The position numbers and the translations under genes are program-made. The notes beneath the pieces were generated by a model that did not search any database, had not been told where the DNA came from, and saw only the letters and a program-made list of their open reading frames with translations. This document shows, piece by piece, positions 48,419 to 61,133 of a stretch of DNA of 64,000 nt (its first letter is position 1; each line of letters begins with the position of its first letter). This stretch comes from a virus: positions 78,626 through 142,625 of the IMG/VR virus record IMGVR_UViG_3300045988_070909; one strand, 5' to 3'.

Positions 48419-49021
48419 ATGGAAACTTTAAGAACAGAATTGAACAGTAATGAGAAACTAGCACTAGCTATAACTGGTATGGAAGGTACAGGACAGCACC
48501 TTATAGTAAATGGAGAAGCTGCAGATAAAACTTTATTAAGAGAAAAACAGGAAAGATTCAATACAGCAGTAGATGAATTAGAAGATAAATTCTCTAAACA
48601 TAATGCAGCTTTAGAATCTTACGCCAAATCATTATCTGAGGATATGAATGGTGTAGAAATTATGCCTATGTATGGGTATGCATTAATTAAACCTTTCGAA
48701 CAAAATCCGTTTCAAAAAATTAAAACTACTAAGAGTGGATTAATTACAGACTTAGGTGGATTTGCTCCAACATATAAATCTAATGAAACAGGAGAAATAG
48801 AAGAAGAACAACAATTTATTAAAGTGGGTACTGTTATTGAGGTCGGGCACAAGTGTGAGTTCCTAAAACCTGGAGATATAGTATTCTATACAATAGCTAG
48901 CGAGTGCATGGTTCCGTTCTACAAGTTTGGATTTGTTGTAGTTAATGAGAACAGAATTATGGCTGTAGTTAACGAAAATCTAACTGAAAGAAGAAACGAA
49001 TTGAAGTATGGAAACAATTGA
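48419..49021 (+). CDS. GroES-like co-chaperonin (gp31-like?)
   Basis: The C-terminal half aligns with GroES (IKPF...KSGLI...KVGTVIEVG...KPGDIVFY...ENRIMAVVNE). Confidence 0.5.
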   Translation: METLRTELNSNEKLALAITGMEGTGQHLIVNGEAADKTLLREKQERFNTAVDELEDKFSKHNAALESYAKSLSEDMNGVEIMPMYGYALIKPFEQNPFQKIKTTKSGLITDLGGFAPTYKSNETGEIEEEQQFIKVGTVIEVGHKCEFLKPGDIVFYTIASECMVPFYKFGFVVVNENRIMAVVNENLTERRNELKYGNN

Positions 49022-49231
49022 TGAAAAAGTTTATTTTAAGCCTGGGGATTGTGTTACTTTACGGTAGTGTAAAGTAATGCATTCTCCAGTTATGCTTGTT
49101 CTAAGAAGAGAAGCAGCTTTATTTAAAGATAACCAAGGATTACGAGGATTAAGATGTAGATGGTTTACTGATTCCGGACTTATGTAGGAAGCAGTGTTTA
49201 ATACTAAGGATTTAATTAAAGTAGAAGAGTA

Positions 49232-50545
49232 ATGGCTAAAGTGTAGTTTGACCCTGAATTGATGCGTAATATCAAAATTATTTACGGAGATGCGGACTTA
49301 GATGAGAGAACCTTGAGGTAGTTGCATTAGACTTGGGCAACTAATCCAGACATTATTAGAAGAACCGCACAATAGAAAATGCCTAAGTTACAAGAGGCAT
49401 ATTTTGATGCTCCAGAAATGCCTTCATTACCCACAAGATTAGAACCTCTTCCTACTGCTGAAATAGCTTAGGATGATTTAAGAGGTGTTAAAGATTTTAA
49501 GACAGCTTTTAGGGCTGCTAGAGAGAGAGGACTAAAACAGTTTATGTGGGGAAATTCTGTATATACTACAGACTTAGGACAGCCTTCAAGTAAGCCTAAA
49601 CAACCTTCTACCATTCAGATTCCTTAGTCAGATACTTAGATTAGTATAGAAGCTCCAGACCTAATTGCTACAACAAAAGGAACTACTTGGGGTAGAGGAA
49701 TACCAACTATTACAGGAGGCAGTTAGCCAGCTAGTGAATAGACAAGAGCCGAGTAGCCTTCAAGTAAGCCTAAAGTAAATCCTGTACAGGCCACTATCAG
49801 TAGATATACTATGGGAAAGACAGTACAAGGAGGAGATTTTGGGATACATAGGGGGTTATAGAGATTATTTAATTATCTTGGAGATGTATGGAATTCTAGA
49901 AAATCAGAAGCTAAACCATTAACATTATCTCCGGGACATACAACTAAATTTCAACAAGGAGGAACAATGAATAATCAACAAGAATTACAAAAAGCGTTTG
50001 TGGCATATTTAATATAGGATGCGCAGTCATAGGGAGTTCAGATATAGTCTGAACAGGATTTACAAGCTTATGTTGAACAATTAGGTGAAGACGGCATTAA
50101 AGCTAAGTATCAGGAATTTATGCAGAAAATGCAAGGAGGAGTAATGGCTAGGCTTGGAGCTAAGCTTGAGTATTATAAGAAGCTAAAAGGAGTATGTCCA
50201 GAAGGAGAAGAGCTTGTATATTTTAAGCAAGGCGGTAGAATCTGTAAAGCTTGCCAGAAAGCACAAAAAGGAACTAAAGTTACTAAGAAAGCTAATGAAG
50301 TTGATAAATTTAAGGCAGGAAGAGCTTAGTATAAGAAAGATATGAAATCTGCTAGAGACGAAGCCTCAAGAGATTCTATATTAATCAATAAATACAATGA
50401 TTAGGAAACTATGGCCAATAAAGGACATAAGGGTAATTTCCAGGGAGGAAAATGGGTTCCTGACAGAAAACAATATGCTAAGAAAGACGCTTGTGGCTCA
50501 AAAATGAAAGTCAATAAGTGCGGTTCCAAAATGAAAAAGAAATAA
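49232..50545 (+). CDS. TAG-recoded hypothetical (virion?) protein
   Basis: Frame open from ATG 49232 to TAA 50543-50545 only if about 17 in-frame TAGs are sense; includes track fragment 50120-50329. Confidence 0.5.
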
Positions 50546-50582
50546 TAAGATTATCTAATGTGTATGATAATGATTAATGATT

Positions 50583-51143
50583 ATGAATGTATTTAACTAT
50601 AACACTTTAACTAAATAGCTAGAAATAAATGAACCAGAGATATTACTAGTTAAGGAATTTAAGGCTTTAATCTAGAGGGATAAATCTGCAGAAAAGGATA
50701 GAGCTACTAGAGAACTATCTTACATTTATTTAGCTATAGACTGGAAAAGTCCGTACAGTTAGTATTCGGAACATGAACGACATGACGAAGCTATTAGTGA
50801 TTCTGGATTGACAGAGTCAGAATTTAATGACCCTATATTTAGAGAAGCTTGTAGGAAATACAGAGCGTTACAAGATTCAAACAAGTCAATAAAATTACTA
50901 GAAGCAGCTAAAAGAGCTGCAGACTAGTTTATTGATTATTTCGAAACTATTGTAGATTTAAATGAGCGTGATAATAACGGCAAGCCAGTATTCCAGGCTG
51001 AAAAAGTAATGAAGGAAATGGCTACTCTTCACAAAGTTCATGAAGAACTCATAACACTAGAAGACTAGGTTAAGAAAGAACTTACTGAACAATCTACTGT
51101 TAGAGCTGGAGCTGTGGATGGTTTTGACCCAGGAGACTTTTAA
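50583..51143 (+). CDS. TAG-recoded hypothetical protein
   Basis: ATG 50583 to TAA 51141-51143 with 5 in-frame TAGs. Confidence 0.45.
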
Positions 51144-51145
51144 TT

Positions 51146-53518
51146 ATGCCAAGAAAAAAGATATTACCTGAAGAAATATAGAATATTGTAGATTAGGTAA
51201 GAGAAAAAGAATAGAAAGAGGATGCTAAAGAAGCTAGAGAATTAGTATAGAAAATAAGAGAGGAAAGGGTCAGAAATTCTGACTATTGGGATGTTAAAAT
51301 AGGAGATAAAATAGAAGTATTTGACCCTACCTTATCTTATGAAATAACTGGATACAGACCTATTGACGAAACTCATGGATTGGACTTTAATCCAGATTGG
51401 TTTACCGAGACTAGGGAAGTATATAAACGAACTGGTCAATACTGTCCCTACCTTAGAGATAGTAAGCGGTACAACGAATTTTGGAAAGAGCAATATAGAA
51501 GATGTAAGTATGGAATGACAGTTAATGGATACACCATTACTGGAGATAATTACTTCTTCTTAAATTTCTATTAGTTACCTACTATTGACTAGCAGAAAGC
51601 CTCTGGTGAGGGTACTGATAATGACTTCCCAATATTCTTTGCATCACATTATATGTTCTTTCATTATCTATAGATGGCTAGAGTGCTACACAAGCACGCA
51701 GCTTTAATGAAAGCTCGTTCTATTGGATTCTCTGAAATAAACGCCTCTCTTTCTGCTCGTATGTACTCTGTTATTAGAAGAAGTAGGGTTATGATTACTT
51801 GCTTTAATGATACCTTCCTTAAGGGTACCTTTAGTAAGTTTGATAATGCTCTTACATTCTTAAATACCTGTACTGGAGGAGGATTTTTTAAATTGCGACT
51901 TATTGACCAGGATTTGAGAAAGAAATCAGGTAAACAAATCAAAATAAATGGTTAGTTTGAAGACGTAGGATTTAAATCTGAGGTTGTAGCAATTAACGGA
52001 GCTAAACCATCTAATATTCGTGGAGACCGTGTAGATTTATTAATATATGATGAAGCTGGTTCCTGGCCTGGACTTGATACCGCTGTGGTACAAGGTCAAG
52101 AACTTTGTGAAGTTCAAGGTATGCCTCGTGGAACAATGTTGTTTGGAGGTACTGGCGGTGATATGGGTGCTCCTCTAGAGGGCTTAAAAAAGATTTACTA
52201 TAATCCAAGAGCATATAAGATTCTTCCATTTAGACATAATTGGACTTAGGATGGGACTACTATAGAGAGTGGATTCTTTATTCCATACTTTATACAATCT
52301 TTGAATCCAGAATTTATGGACCACAGAGGAGTATGTAATACTGTGGAATATAAGAAATTCTTATAGGAGGAGCGAGATAATCTGTTAGCTGTACCAGAAG
52401 ACTACCTAAAGAAATGCGCTGAACGTTGTTGGAATGCAGAAGAAGCATTTAATCTAGAAGGTGTTAATAAGTTTAATAAAATTTTAGTTGCCGAATAGAT
52501 AGCTAATATAAGACTTAAACAAATTGGCCCAAGACCCGAATGTGGTTATATTGATTATTTTTACAAAAATAATAAACATACTTAGGATAATATTGATGGT
52601 TTTAAATGGATTCCTAACAGCAATGGCAAAGTAAAAATTCTAGAGCATCCAATATGGTCTGACTTATATAAAGAACAAATGGAAAAGCTTAGATAGGAGG
52701 CAGAAGATAATGGCTAGGATTTTGAAGTTCCAGTTTATAAAGAGATGCGAGACTTGTATGTAGCAGGTATAGACGGTATTGATATTGGAGCGAATTAGAC
52801 TTCTAAGGAAACCAGAGACCCGTCTGATTTCTGCATAATGATTAAGAAACGTGCGTTTGGTATGAATGACCCTCAGTATGTTGCCATGTACAAGGATAGA
52901 CCTGGAGACATCAGAGAAGCCTATAAAATAGCTATGTGTTTAGCTCGCTATTATAATTGTAAAATAAATATAGAAGCTACTCGTATGGGTATGGTTACTT
53001 GGGCTAGAGAAAAAGGATGCCTTAACTATTTTATGAAGCGCCCAAGAGCTACTCTAACTGACGTTAGAAATGGAACTACTAAATAGTATGGAACTCCTGC
53101 TACAAAAACTATAATCGAATAGCATACTGATTTAACAGCCGCCTTTATAGAAGACTATTGCCATACTATATGGTTCGAAGAAATGCTAGAATAGTTCACT
53201 GCATATAATGATGAAAATAAGGGTAAGTATGATATTGTAGCCGCTGTAGGTATGACTGAGTTAGCAGACCAAGAGCTATCAGGAAGACAGCCCATACTTG
53301 TGGAGAAAGAAGTTGAATAGTTCCAAGATTTTGGTTACTATTACGACGAGAGAGGAATTAAAAGATTTGGAGTTATTCCAACTAAGAAAACTCCTGAACT
53401 TAATATGCAAAGAAACGAATATGATGACCCATACAGAGTTGAAACAAGTGATCCTAGAATATATGAGGGACTTGTACAAAATGGAGTATATAGGCGGACT
53501 AGATATTGAGAGTTTAGA
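51146..53518 (+). CDS. terL: terminase large subunit (TerL), TAG-recoded
   Basis: Frame from ATG 51146 to TGA 53516-53518 with more than 15 in-frame TAGs; ATPase-like LLIYDEAGSW segment and an RNase-H-like nuclease part (DPSDFCIMIK...INIEATRMG...). Confidence 0.7.
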
Positions 53519-53759
53519 CCCAGTTGGGTATAAAGTCTCTTTTAACTTTGATAGGTCAGAAATGCCATTAGTAATAATAGCAGATTTACCAGACGAAGAA
53601 TTTCTGCCATTTATTAAGGAAGAATTAAGAAGTAGGAAGTTACAAAGAGTTAAGTATTATAACGCTACTAAACTTCCTCCAGAACAACATAATTTATGTT
53701 ATGAAAGAGAAGGAATTGATAGACAAGACAAACGAGGCTATTGCGGAACTTGTATATGA
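53421..53759 (+). CDS. small hypothetical protein overlapping the TerL end and the portal start
   Basis: 113-aa frame MMTHTELKQ... ending TGA 53757-53759. Confidence 0.3.
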   Translation: MMTHTELKQVILEYMRDLYKMEYIGGLDIESLDPVGYKVSFNFDRSEMPLVIIADLPDEEFLPFIKEELRSRKLQRVKYYNATKLPPEQHNLCYEREGIDRQDKRGYCGTCI

Positions 53760-55872
53760 TAAGTATGAGTTACAGAAAGCTTATAATTATTATAATGGTA
53801 AAAGAGATCCTGAATAGTTCCGTTATCTGGAAGAAAACTTCGGAATAGGTAGCCCCACTTCGGTAGAGTTTACGCCTTTATTAAAGAAACACGTAGATGC
53901 TCTAGTTGGAGAATATTTAGGAACTCCTATACTTCCGAAAATTTCTTGCAAAGATTCAGATACTATCAGTAATATAACAAGAGAAAAATAGCTAGAAATA
54001 ACCAAGGGAATAGTAAAGTTTTTGAAAGACCATTTAAGTAATTCAATTCTTAAGTTTATTGATGGCAAGGATATTACTGATAAAGCTGTAAAGACTTAGT
54101 TAGATAAAATTATATAGGATATTGACCAATCCTTTATTTCTCAATATGAAATTGCAGCTTAGAATATAGTACATTATATTATGCAATCCAGAGAAACCGA
54201 TTTAATTACTAAGTTACGTTAGTTACTAACAGACTTATTAATTACTGGTTATACATTCTTTAGAGTGAAATCATCGGCTTCTGGAACTAATATTGAAATA
54301 GAGGTATTAAACCCACTTAATACATTTGTTGATAGAAATCCAGAATCTCCATATGTAAGGAACTCATATAGAGTTGTAGTAAGAAAGTGGATGAGTAAGA
54401 GTTAGATTTTAGCTAAATATGGCAAAGAAATATCTAGAGAAGATTTAAGAAGACTAAAAGATGAATGGCGAGCTGATGATTCAGCTGCTGTTTATAGAAG
54501 AGTATATGGAGATACTTGTACAGTAGTAAATGAAGATTAGAATCATGAAACCATTCCCGGCTATCCAGACAATGAATATAGTGCTCATAGGTTCTAGTTA
54601 ATCCCAGTCTATGATGTTGAATGGATTGAAACAGATGATGATTTTGTGATGTAGAGATACAATACTATCAGAATAGGAGAAGAGATATATATTCTTAGAG
54701 GATTAGACAAGACTGTTATGAGGTCTAAAGATAATCCCAACTTCTGTTCTTTATCGGTAAATGGAGTATATTTCTTAAATCGCTCTTAGTAGCCTTATTC
54801 TCTTATATTAAAATGTGCACATCTGTAGGATAGATACGACTTATTAAACTATTATAGAGATAATCTAATAGCTAATAGTGGTACTGCTGGAGTTATTATG
54901 GATATGTCTCTGTTGCCTACCAACTTAGGAGTTAAATGGCCAGAACGAGTACAAAAATGGTTAGCTTATAAAAAAGGTGGTATCATGTGGATAGACTCAA
55001 GCCAAGAAGGTAGGAATGACGGACAGCAAGCTCCAAACTAGATATATAACGGATTTGATGATACCTTAAAAGCATAGGCTGTATAGGCTATTGAATTAGC
55101 TATTCAATCAGTAGAACAAACTACATCATCAATAACTGGAGTATTTAGGGAACGACTTAACGGTATAGAAACTAGAGATGCAGTTACTAATATTAAGTAG
55201 GGAGTAGCTAACTCGTATATAGTAACTAAGCACTATTTTTAGCAGATGGATTTAATAACCTGCGAGATACTACTAGATAGTCTTAATTAGGCTAAAGTTA
55301 CTTATAAGAAAGGATTAACTGGAACTATTATACTTGGGGATAAATATCAACAGATATTTACAGCACTTCCTGAGTATTTTACTGTTACTGACTACGATAT
55401 TCATATTACTGCTAGTTCAGAAGTGATGGAAGATCTATAGACTATAAAAGCAATCATTCCAGAGTTCGTAAAAAGTCAACAGATGGATCCAGATATTATT
55501 TTTGAGGCTCTTACATCTAAGAGTCTGACAGACCTTAAATATAAGGTTAAGAAAGCTGTTCAAGTTCGCAAAGAGGAAAATAATCAGCTTCAGCAACTAC
55601 AAGAAAAATTAGAAGAAACCTCTCAATAGGCTTAGTAGTTACAGCAAGAATTATAGAAAGCTCAGCAAAAGATTGAAAGCTTAGATGAATAGAGACTGGG
55701 ATTAGAATAGTAGAAGATGCAGTTAGAATATAAAGTTAACTGGCTTAAAGCTCAGTCTGATTCTACTTATAAAGATAGACAAATGGATATTGAAGAAAAA
55801 AGAACTGAAATAGAGTTGGCTTAGCTTCATGATGGAAATCCATATAATGACAAAATAAGACAAATACATTAA
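53701..55872 (+). CDS. portal protein (putative), TAG-recoded
   Basis: ~723-codon frame from ATG 53701 to TAA 55870-55872 with about 30 in-frame TAGs; size and position after TerL. Confidence 0.6.
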
Positions 55873-55873
55873 T

Positions 55874-56602
55874 ATGGCAACTGGAACAATTGTATACAAC
55901 AAAGATTAGTAGTAGATTTATCCTATCTCTGATGGGACAGTAATTATAAGTAATGCTTCCGGTTCTAAATCAAATGTAGAAGACGACTTAAAAAAATTAT
56001 TTAAGTAGGTATCAGATTTATCCGGTTCAAGTGAAGCAGTTAATAGTATTATTATTAAAATACATTATCTCCCTGCTAATACTGCCAATGAATCTGAAAT
56101 AAAACTATCAAGTAAGTAGTGGTCTGATACTTTTGAGCTTCCAACAGAAGAGAATCCATATATATGGAAAAGAACTAAATTTACTTTTTAGGGAGCTGAT
56201 GAATCATAGGGAACTACTATCTATGAAATAGTAGCGAGTGAGGTCTCTACTATTATATAGACTATATATACTAGAACCAAGGGAATAACACCAGTTATAG
56301 AGTATAAACAAAAAACGAATGAAAAAGGAGATCCTCTCTATATGGATTCTGACGGGAGAGAAACCACAGAAGTAACCTCTACTAAAGCCTATGACTATAA
56401 CTACTACTGGAATGGACAGCCCTCCTCTGGGATTGATAAATTACCTCCTACTCCAGATGGATAGTCTTATACCTGGACTGACTATCCACAAGATATTAGT
56501 TTATCTTTTACTTCTGTTTTTATGTCTAGACGTATAAAGCAATCTGGAAAGTGGGGACCTTTTTCTACACCAGCTCAATACGGTCAATGGCCTAACACTT
56601 AA
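55874..56602 (+). CDS. TAG-recoded hypothetical structural protein
   Basis: ATG 55874 to TAA 56600-56602 read codon by codon; 8 in-frame TAGs. Confidence 0.5.
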
Positions 56603-56614
56603 TATTATTGCAAT

Positions 56615-57346
56615 ATGGAATTTAGTATTGATATACATACCCAAATTAATGGGGAAATACTGATAGAAGATTTCTCAAAAGAATATGGCTAGTATATTGA
56701 TGAAGATGTAGAGGTAGTAACTTCTTACGACTCCTATAAGTATAGTGAGAGTGCTACCTTGAATACTATCATCAAAGTTAGTATAAGCGATGCTACTCTG
56801 ATAGATGTCCTACTTAATGACCATACAGAAGACTTAGACTCGTGTATGTTTAAGGTCAAGGATGATGGTTATTACGTAGTAGACCATATCATTATTCCTA
56901 ATATGAAATGGTATGAAAATTCATCGGACGAATACAAGGAATACTATGAGACTATCTATGTTACTGATGGAGAAAAATTATATAAAGAAGTAGAAGGTAA
57001 GCTAGAAGAGTGTACAGTTAAAGAAGTTCTTGAACGAAACATAGAAGGAACTACTATAAAAAAATGTAAGGTAGATGTTTTCTTTACAGGAAACTTGTAG
57101 TAGTGTTACATTAATTATTGTAAGAAACTCTTTGATGCTTTACTAAATAAGTGTCTAACTAGAGATTAGGAAGCAGATATATTTGCTCGAGATTTCATAT
57201 GGATGACTCTTAACATTATAGATTATTTAATATGCTTTAAACAATTCATGGAGGCTGAAAGATTACTAGCGATGTTCCGTACCTGTGGAGGATTCTGTGA
57301 CAATCACCACCATGGACATAAACGTATAGGTTGTGGATGCTCTTAA
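56615..57346 (+). CDS. TAG-recoded hypothetical protein (C-terminal CGGFCDNHHHGHKRIGCGC)
   Basis: ATG 56615 to TAA 57344-57346; includes track fragment 56759-57100. Confidence 0.5.
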
Positions 57347-57543
57347 GAGAAAGGCTATTAAAAGGTATGAGGATTTTCTAAGAAAACTCAAAAAGGGATA
57401 TAAACCAGATTATCAAGATATTCTTAATCTAATTTGTTTTATTAACCTACCTGTAAGACTAGATAATCACGAATTTATTAAATAGCAATTATTAAACTAG
57501 AATGATACAGTCTATTTACACTTCGGTAAGTAACGCAGATATA

Positions 57544-59075
57544 GTGCCTTGTGGTAAAAAGGGTAAGCCTATAAAATGTGAGCCTATACCTCTCTTAAGA
57601 AATAACTATTTAGGAGAATATAGGACAGAACTAGAAAAAGCTAAAGTAAGAAAGAACTTAGGTATTGCTGATGAGTAGAGTCTATTGTGGGGAAACATTA
57701 GTGGAACCATAGAACTGCAAAAAGACCTAGTATAGTATATAGAACAAAAATGGACCTATACTAGTGACGTTGCAGAAGGCATTAATACTGTGAAGGATGC
57801 CCTAGACTATGCCCTATACTTTATTAGCGAATATGAATCTAATACAGAAGCAATAGAAGAACTGAAAGTCGATATAAGCAATATTAGAACTTCTATATCT
57901 GTATTGAAGGAGGATTTACAGCGAGAAATTGATACTAATAGAAAAGGAATTAATAATCTATCTGAAGAAATAGTAAAAATCAATGAAGCTATAGTTGAGT
58001 TGAACAATGCTATTGAGAATATAGATGTTGATAAAAACATTCTTAATTGGATTAAGAATAGTCTCCAAAATTCCAAAACTATAGAACTAAAGGAAAATAA
58101 TTCCTTAGAGGTGATTTTATCTACTTAGGAAGATAATGCTATTCATTTAATAGAATAGGAGATTGGAGAGGAAACCTCTTCTATTATCCTTCCAGGTATC
58201 TATGTTAAGAATCTTGAACCTGCTCTAGAAGAAACAAAGAAAGAAGTATAGAAAACTTAGGAAGCACAACAAGAGACAAATACTAAAGTAGAAGCTAATA
58301 CTGAAAGTATTACTAATATACAAACTAACTTAGAAACTATAGCTACTTATTAGACGGAACTCCCAGATGATACTACTTCAACAGTAATTGAAGGGACTAC
58401 AGTAGAGAAACTTAAGGGCAAGCCCTTTAATGAAATTATTGATACTTTACTGTTTCCAACAGTAGTTAGAGATTTAGTATACCCATAGCTTTATTATAGT
58501 TTTACTTCTCAAATAGTAGAAGTGGGAACTGCTTTATTAACTCCTACACTTACATTTATAAAGAATGATGCTGGAGAAGAAACTGACAGACGAGAAACTA
58601 TTACTTATAACAGTTCTCCTGTAGAGTCTGATACATATAATTCTATTGGTACTTATACTCACTCTGGTACAGTGAGTTATGCCGCTGGAGAATATTTGAT
58701 AAATAATAAAGGAGAAATTACAGATAAGAGAGTAGAAGCTGGTTCTATTTCCGCTACCGCTTAGGTAGTAGCCACATATCCTTGGTATTCTGGTAATACT
58801 GATGGTGTGATTAAATAGGCGCTAGTTCCTTTTGGACAATCGTCTGGAACTATCACATTTTCACTAAGTGGTAAGGCTATTATAAAATTGCCAGGAAGTA
58901 ACACATAGTTAAATTCATTTACCGTAGATGGAGGACTTGGATATTTAAATGTAGACCTAAGTGGTTGGGAAACATCTACCGAGTAGATAAATGGATTTAC
59001 TTACAAGGTATGGACTAAGAAAGATACTTACTCCTCAGCATTGCCACATCAAATTAACTTTATTCTATCACAATA
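57544..59075 (+). CDS. TAG-recoded structural protein (start uncertain)
   Basis: Frame open from ~57526 to TAA 59073-59075 through track fragments 57790-58128 and 58522-58764; GTG 57544 is the first plausible start. Confidence 0.4.
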
Positions 59076-60914
59076 ATGGCATTTAAATATACAGGTGATG
59101 CTACCTTAGGTGTCGCTTTAACCGTAGAAACTCCGAAGCCTCTCGATAATAGAACAGTCGTTAATAACTTAGACGAACTTTATTCTATTCCAGAGAAGTA
59201 TGCTTATCAAGGTATGACCGTTGCTAACATAGATAACGGAAATATTTATATGCTGATTGATAAGTCTAAGATTAAATACAAGGAAGGATGGAAAGCATCC
59301 TATGAATCTATCTAGATAATCACCTGTACAGAGGCTGAATATAAAGAATGGTCTGAGAATACTACAGACGATTTTAGGCCCATAGATGAAAGTAAACCAT
59401 ATCTTCATGCTGAGACATATTATTATATATATGAGGATAGCTTAGACGATAACTAGTTTTACCTATCCGCGGAATGGGGGAAAAAGATAGAAGAGCAATT
59501 AAAATAGAAGGCTCTTAATACTACTGTAGTATAGATTAGAACAGACTTAGATAACACTATTGCTAGCCTATCAGATTATGCTACACTGGAAGAATTAACT
59601 ACTAATTATGTCTCTAACGATTCTTTAGCTCTATCACTGACTAAGTATTATACTAAGGAAGAAACAGACGATATTTTCGTTACTAAAGAAAGTCTTAGAG
59701 GAGAGGGAATGGAAGGAGATGATTTTGTCTTCGTTACAAAGAAAGAATATGAGGAAGATTAGTAGGCCATCCAAGACGAGTTAGATAAAACTCTTAAGGT
59801 AGATGGAGATGGTTCCTTAGAAAGCATCACTGTTGGATAGATAAAATCTCCTGTAGTAGAGGGAGAGAGCTAGCTAGTAGTAGACGTTAGGTCTGAAGGA
59901 TTATTTATAGGTGAAGATTAGATTGCTACTGAATCGGATATTCCGAACTTAGTAACATTAACTGAAGAAGAGTATCTAAAGTTAGTAGAGGAAGGGACGG
60001 TAGAGCCTGATACATATTACTATGTATATGACGTCACAAATGATGCAAAGGTTTATATTACTAAGGAATATTTGGATTAGAATTATCATACTACCAATCA
60101 ATATCAGTCCTGGGTTGCTACAAATTATTACTCCAAGAAGTAGATTGATGAAATAGTTCAAGGTTTGCAAAAACTTGGAAACTACGTTACTACAGAAGAT
60201 ATTAAGGCTTATTATACTATTTAGCAGGTTGATGACAAATTTCTTACTAAGGAAAATGCTCAGTCTACTTATGCTACTCAATAGTCATTATCTGATTTAT
60301 CAGATTAGATAGCCGAAGATTACGTAACAAAAGAAAGTTTAAGGGGAGACTCTCCTGAAACCGGAGATGATGATTTCATATTTGTTACCTAGAAAAAATA
60401 TCAGGATGATTAGGCTGCTGCTGCTAAAGAATTTAGCACTGAGCTTTTGAAATCTACATCAGTAGAAACTTCTGATATTACTATTTAGAAAATTGGAGAA
60501 AAAGAAGTACAATAGGGAACAACTGGAGAACCTTCTGAGGAAACAGGAACTGAGCAAGTTATTGAGAGTTCTGTTAAACTTACCACAGAAGATAACAGGC
60601 TATTTGCTGGAGGCAAGCAAGTTGCTATTACTGAAGAAGTACCAAAACTTGTATGCTTACCACAAGCTGATTATGATGACCTAGTTGAGAATAGTAAGAC
60701 TGAAGAAGATACTTATTATTGCACCTATGGAGAAAAAGATTTACAAGATACTGGATATGTTAGAAGCGAATATCTTATAGAGAGATACTACACCAAAGCT
60801 GAGGTAGAAGAACTAATTAGCTAGGCCGTAGCCGAATTGTAGAAAAAGATAGACGCTTTATAGCCAGGTTCTAGTGTAGAGGTAGATGGAGAAAATGAAC
60901 AATTAATATTTTAA
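59076..60914 (+). CDS. tail-fibre-like protein with internal repeats, TAG-recoded
   Basis: ATG 59076 to TAA 60912-60914; repeated YVTKESLRG-DDFIFVT-KEY units; about 25 in-frame TAGs. Confidence 0.55.
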
Positions 60915-60918
60915 ACAA

Positions 60919-61131
60919 TATGGGAACAATTTATATTGAAGGACAGTTTAAGAGTTCTGCCAAACCAGTAAAAGTTGTTGGAGGAAGTATAGGAGGAGGC
61001 TCTGGAGTAGACTAGGAAGTTCTCAAGAACTATGCTACTAAAGCAGAATTGTAGAAGGCTGTTGAGGACCTAACTGCTTCCATAGAGGGAATAGATCACG
61101 ATGTAGTTGGTGAAACTTTAATAATACAATG
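60919..61131 (+). CDS. small TAG-recoded protein
   Basis: MGTIYIEGQFK... through 2 TAGs to TGA 61129-61131. Confidence 0.35.
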
Positions 61132-61133
61132 AT

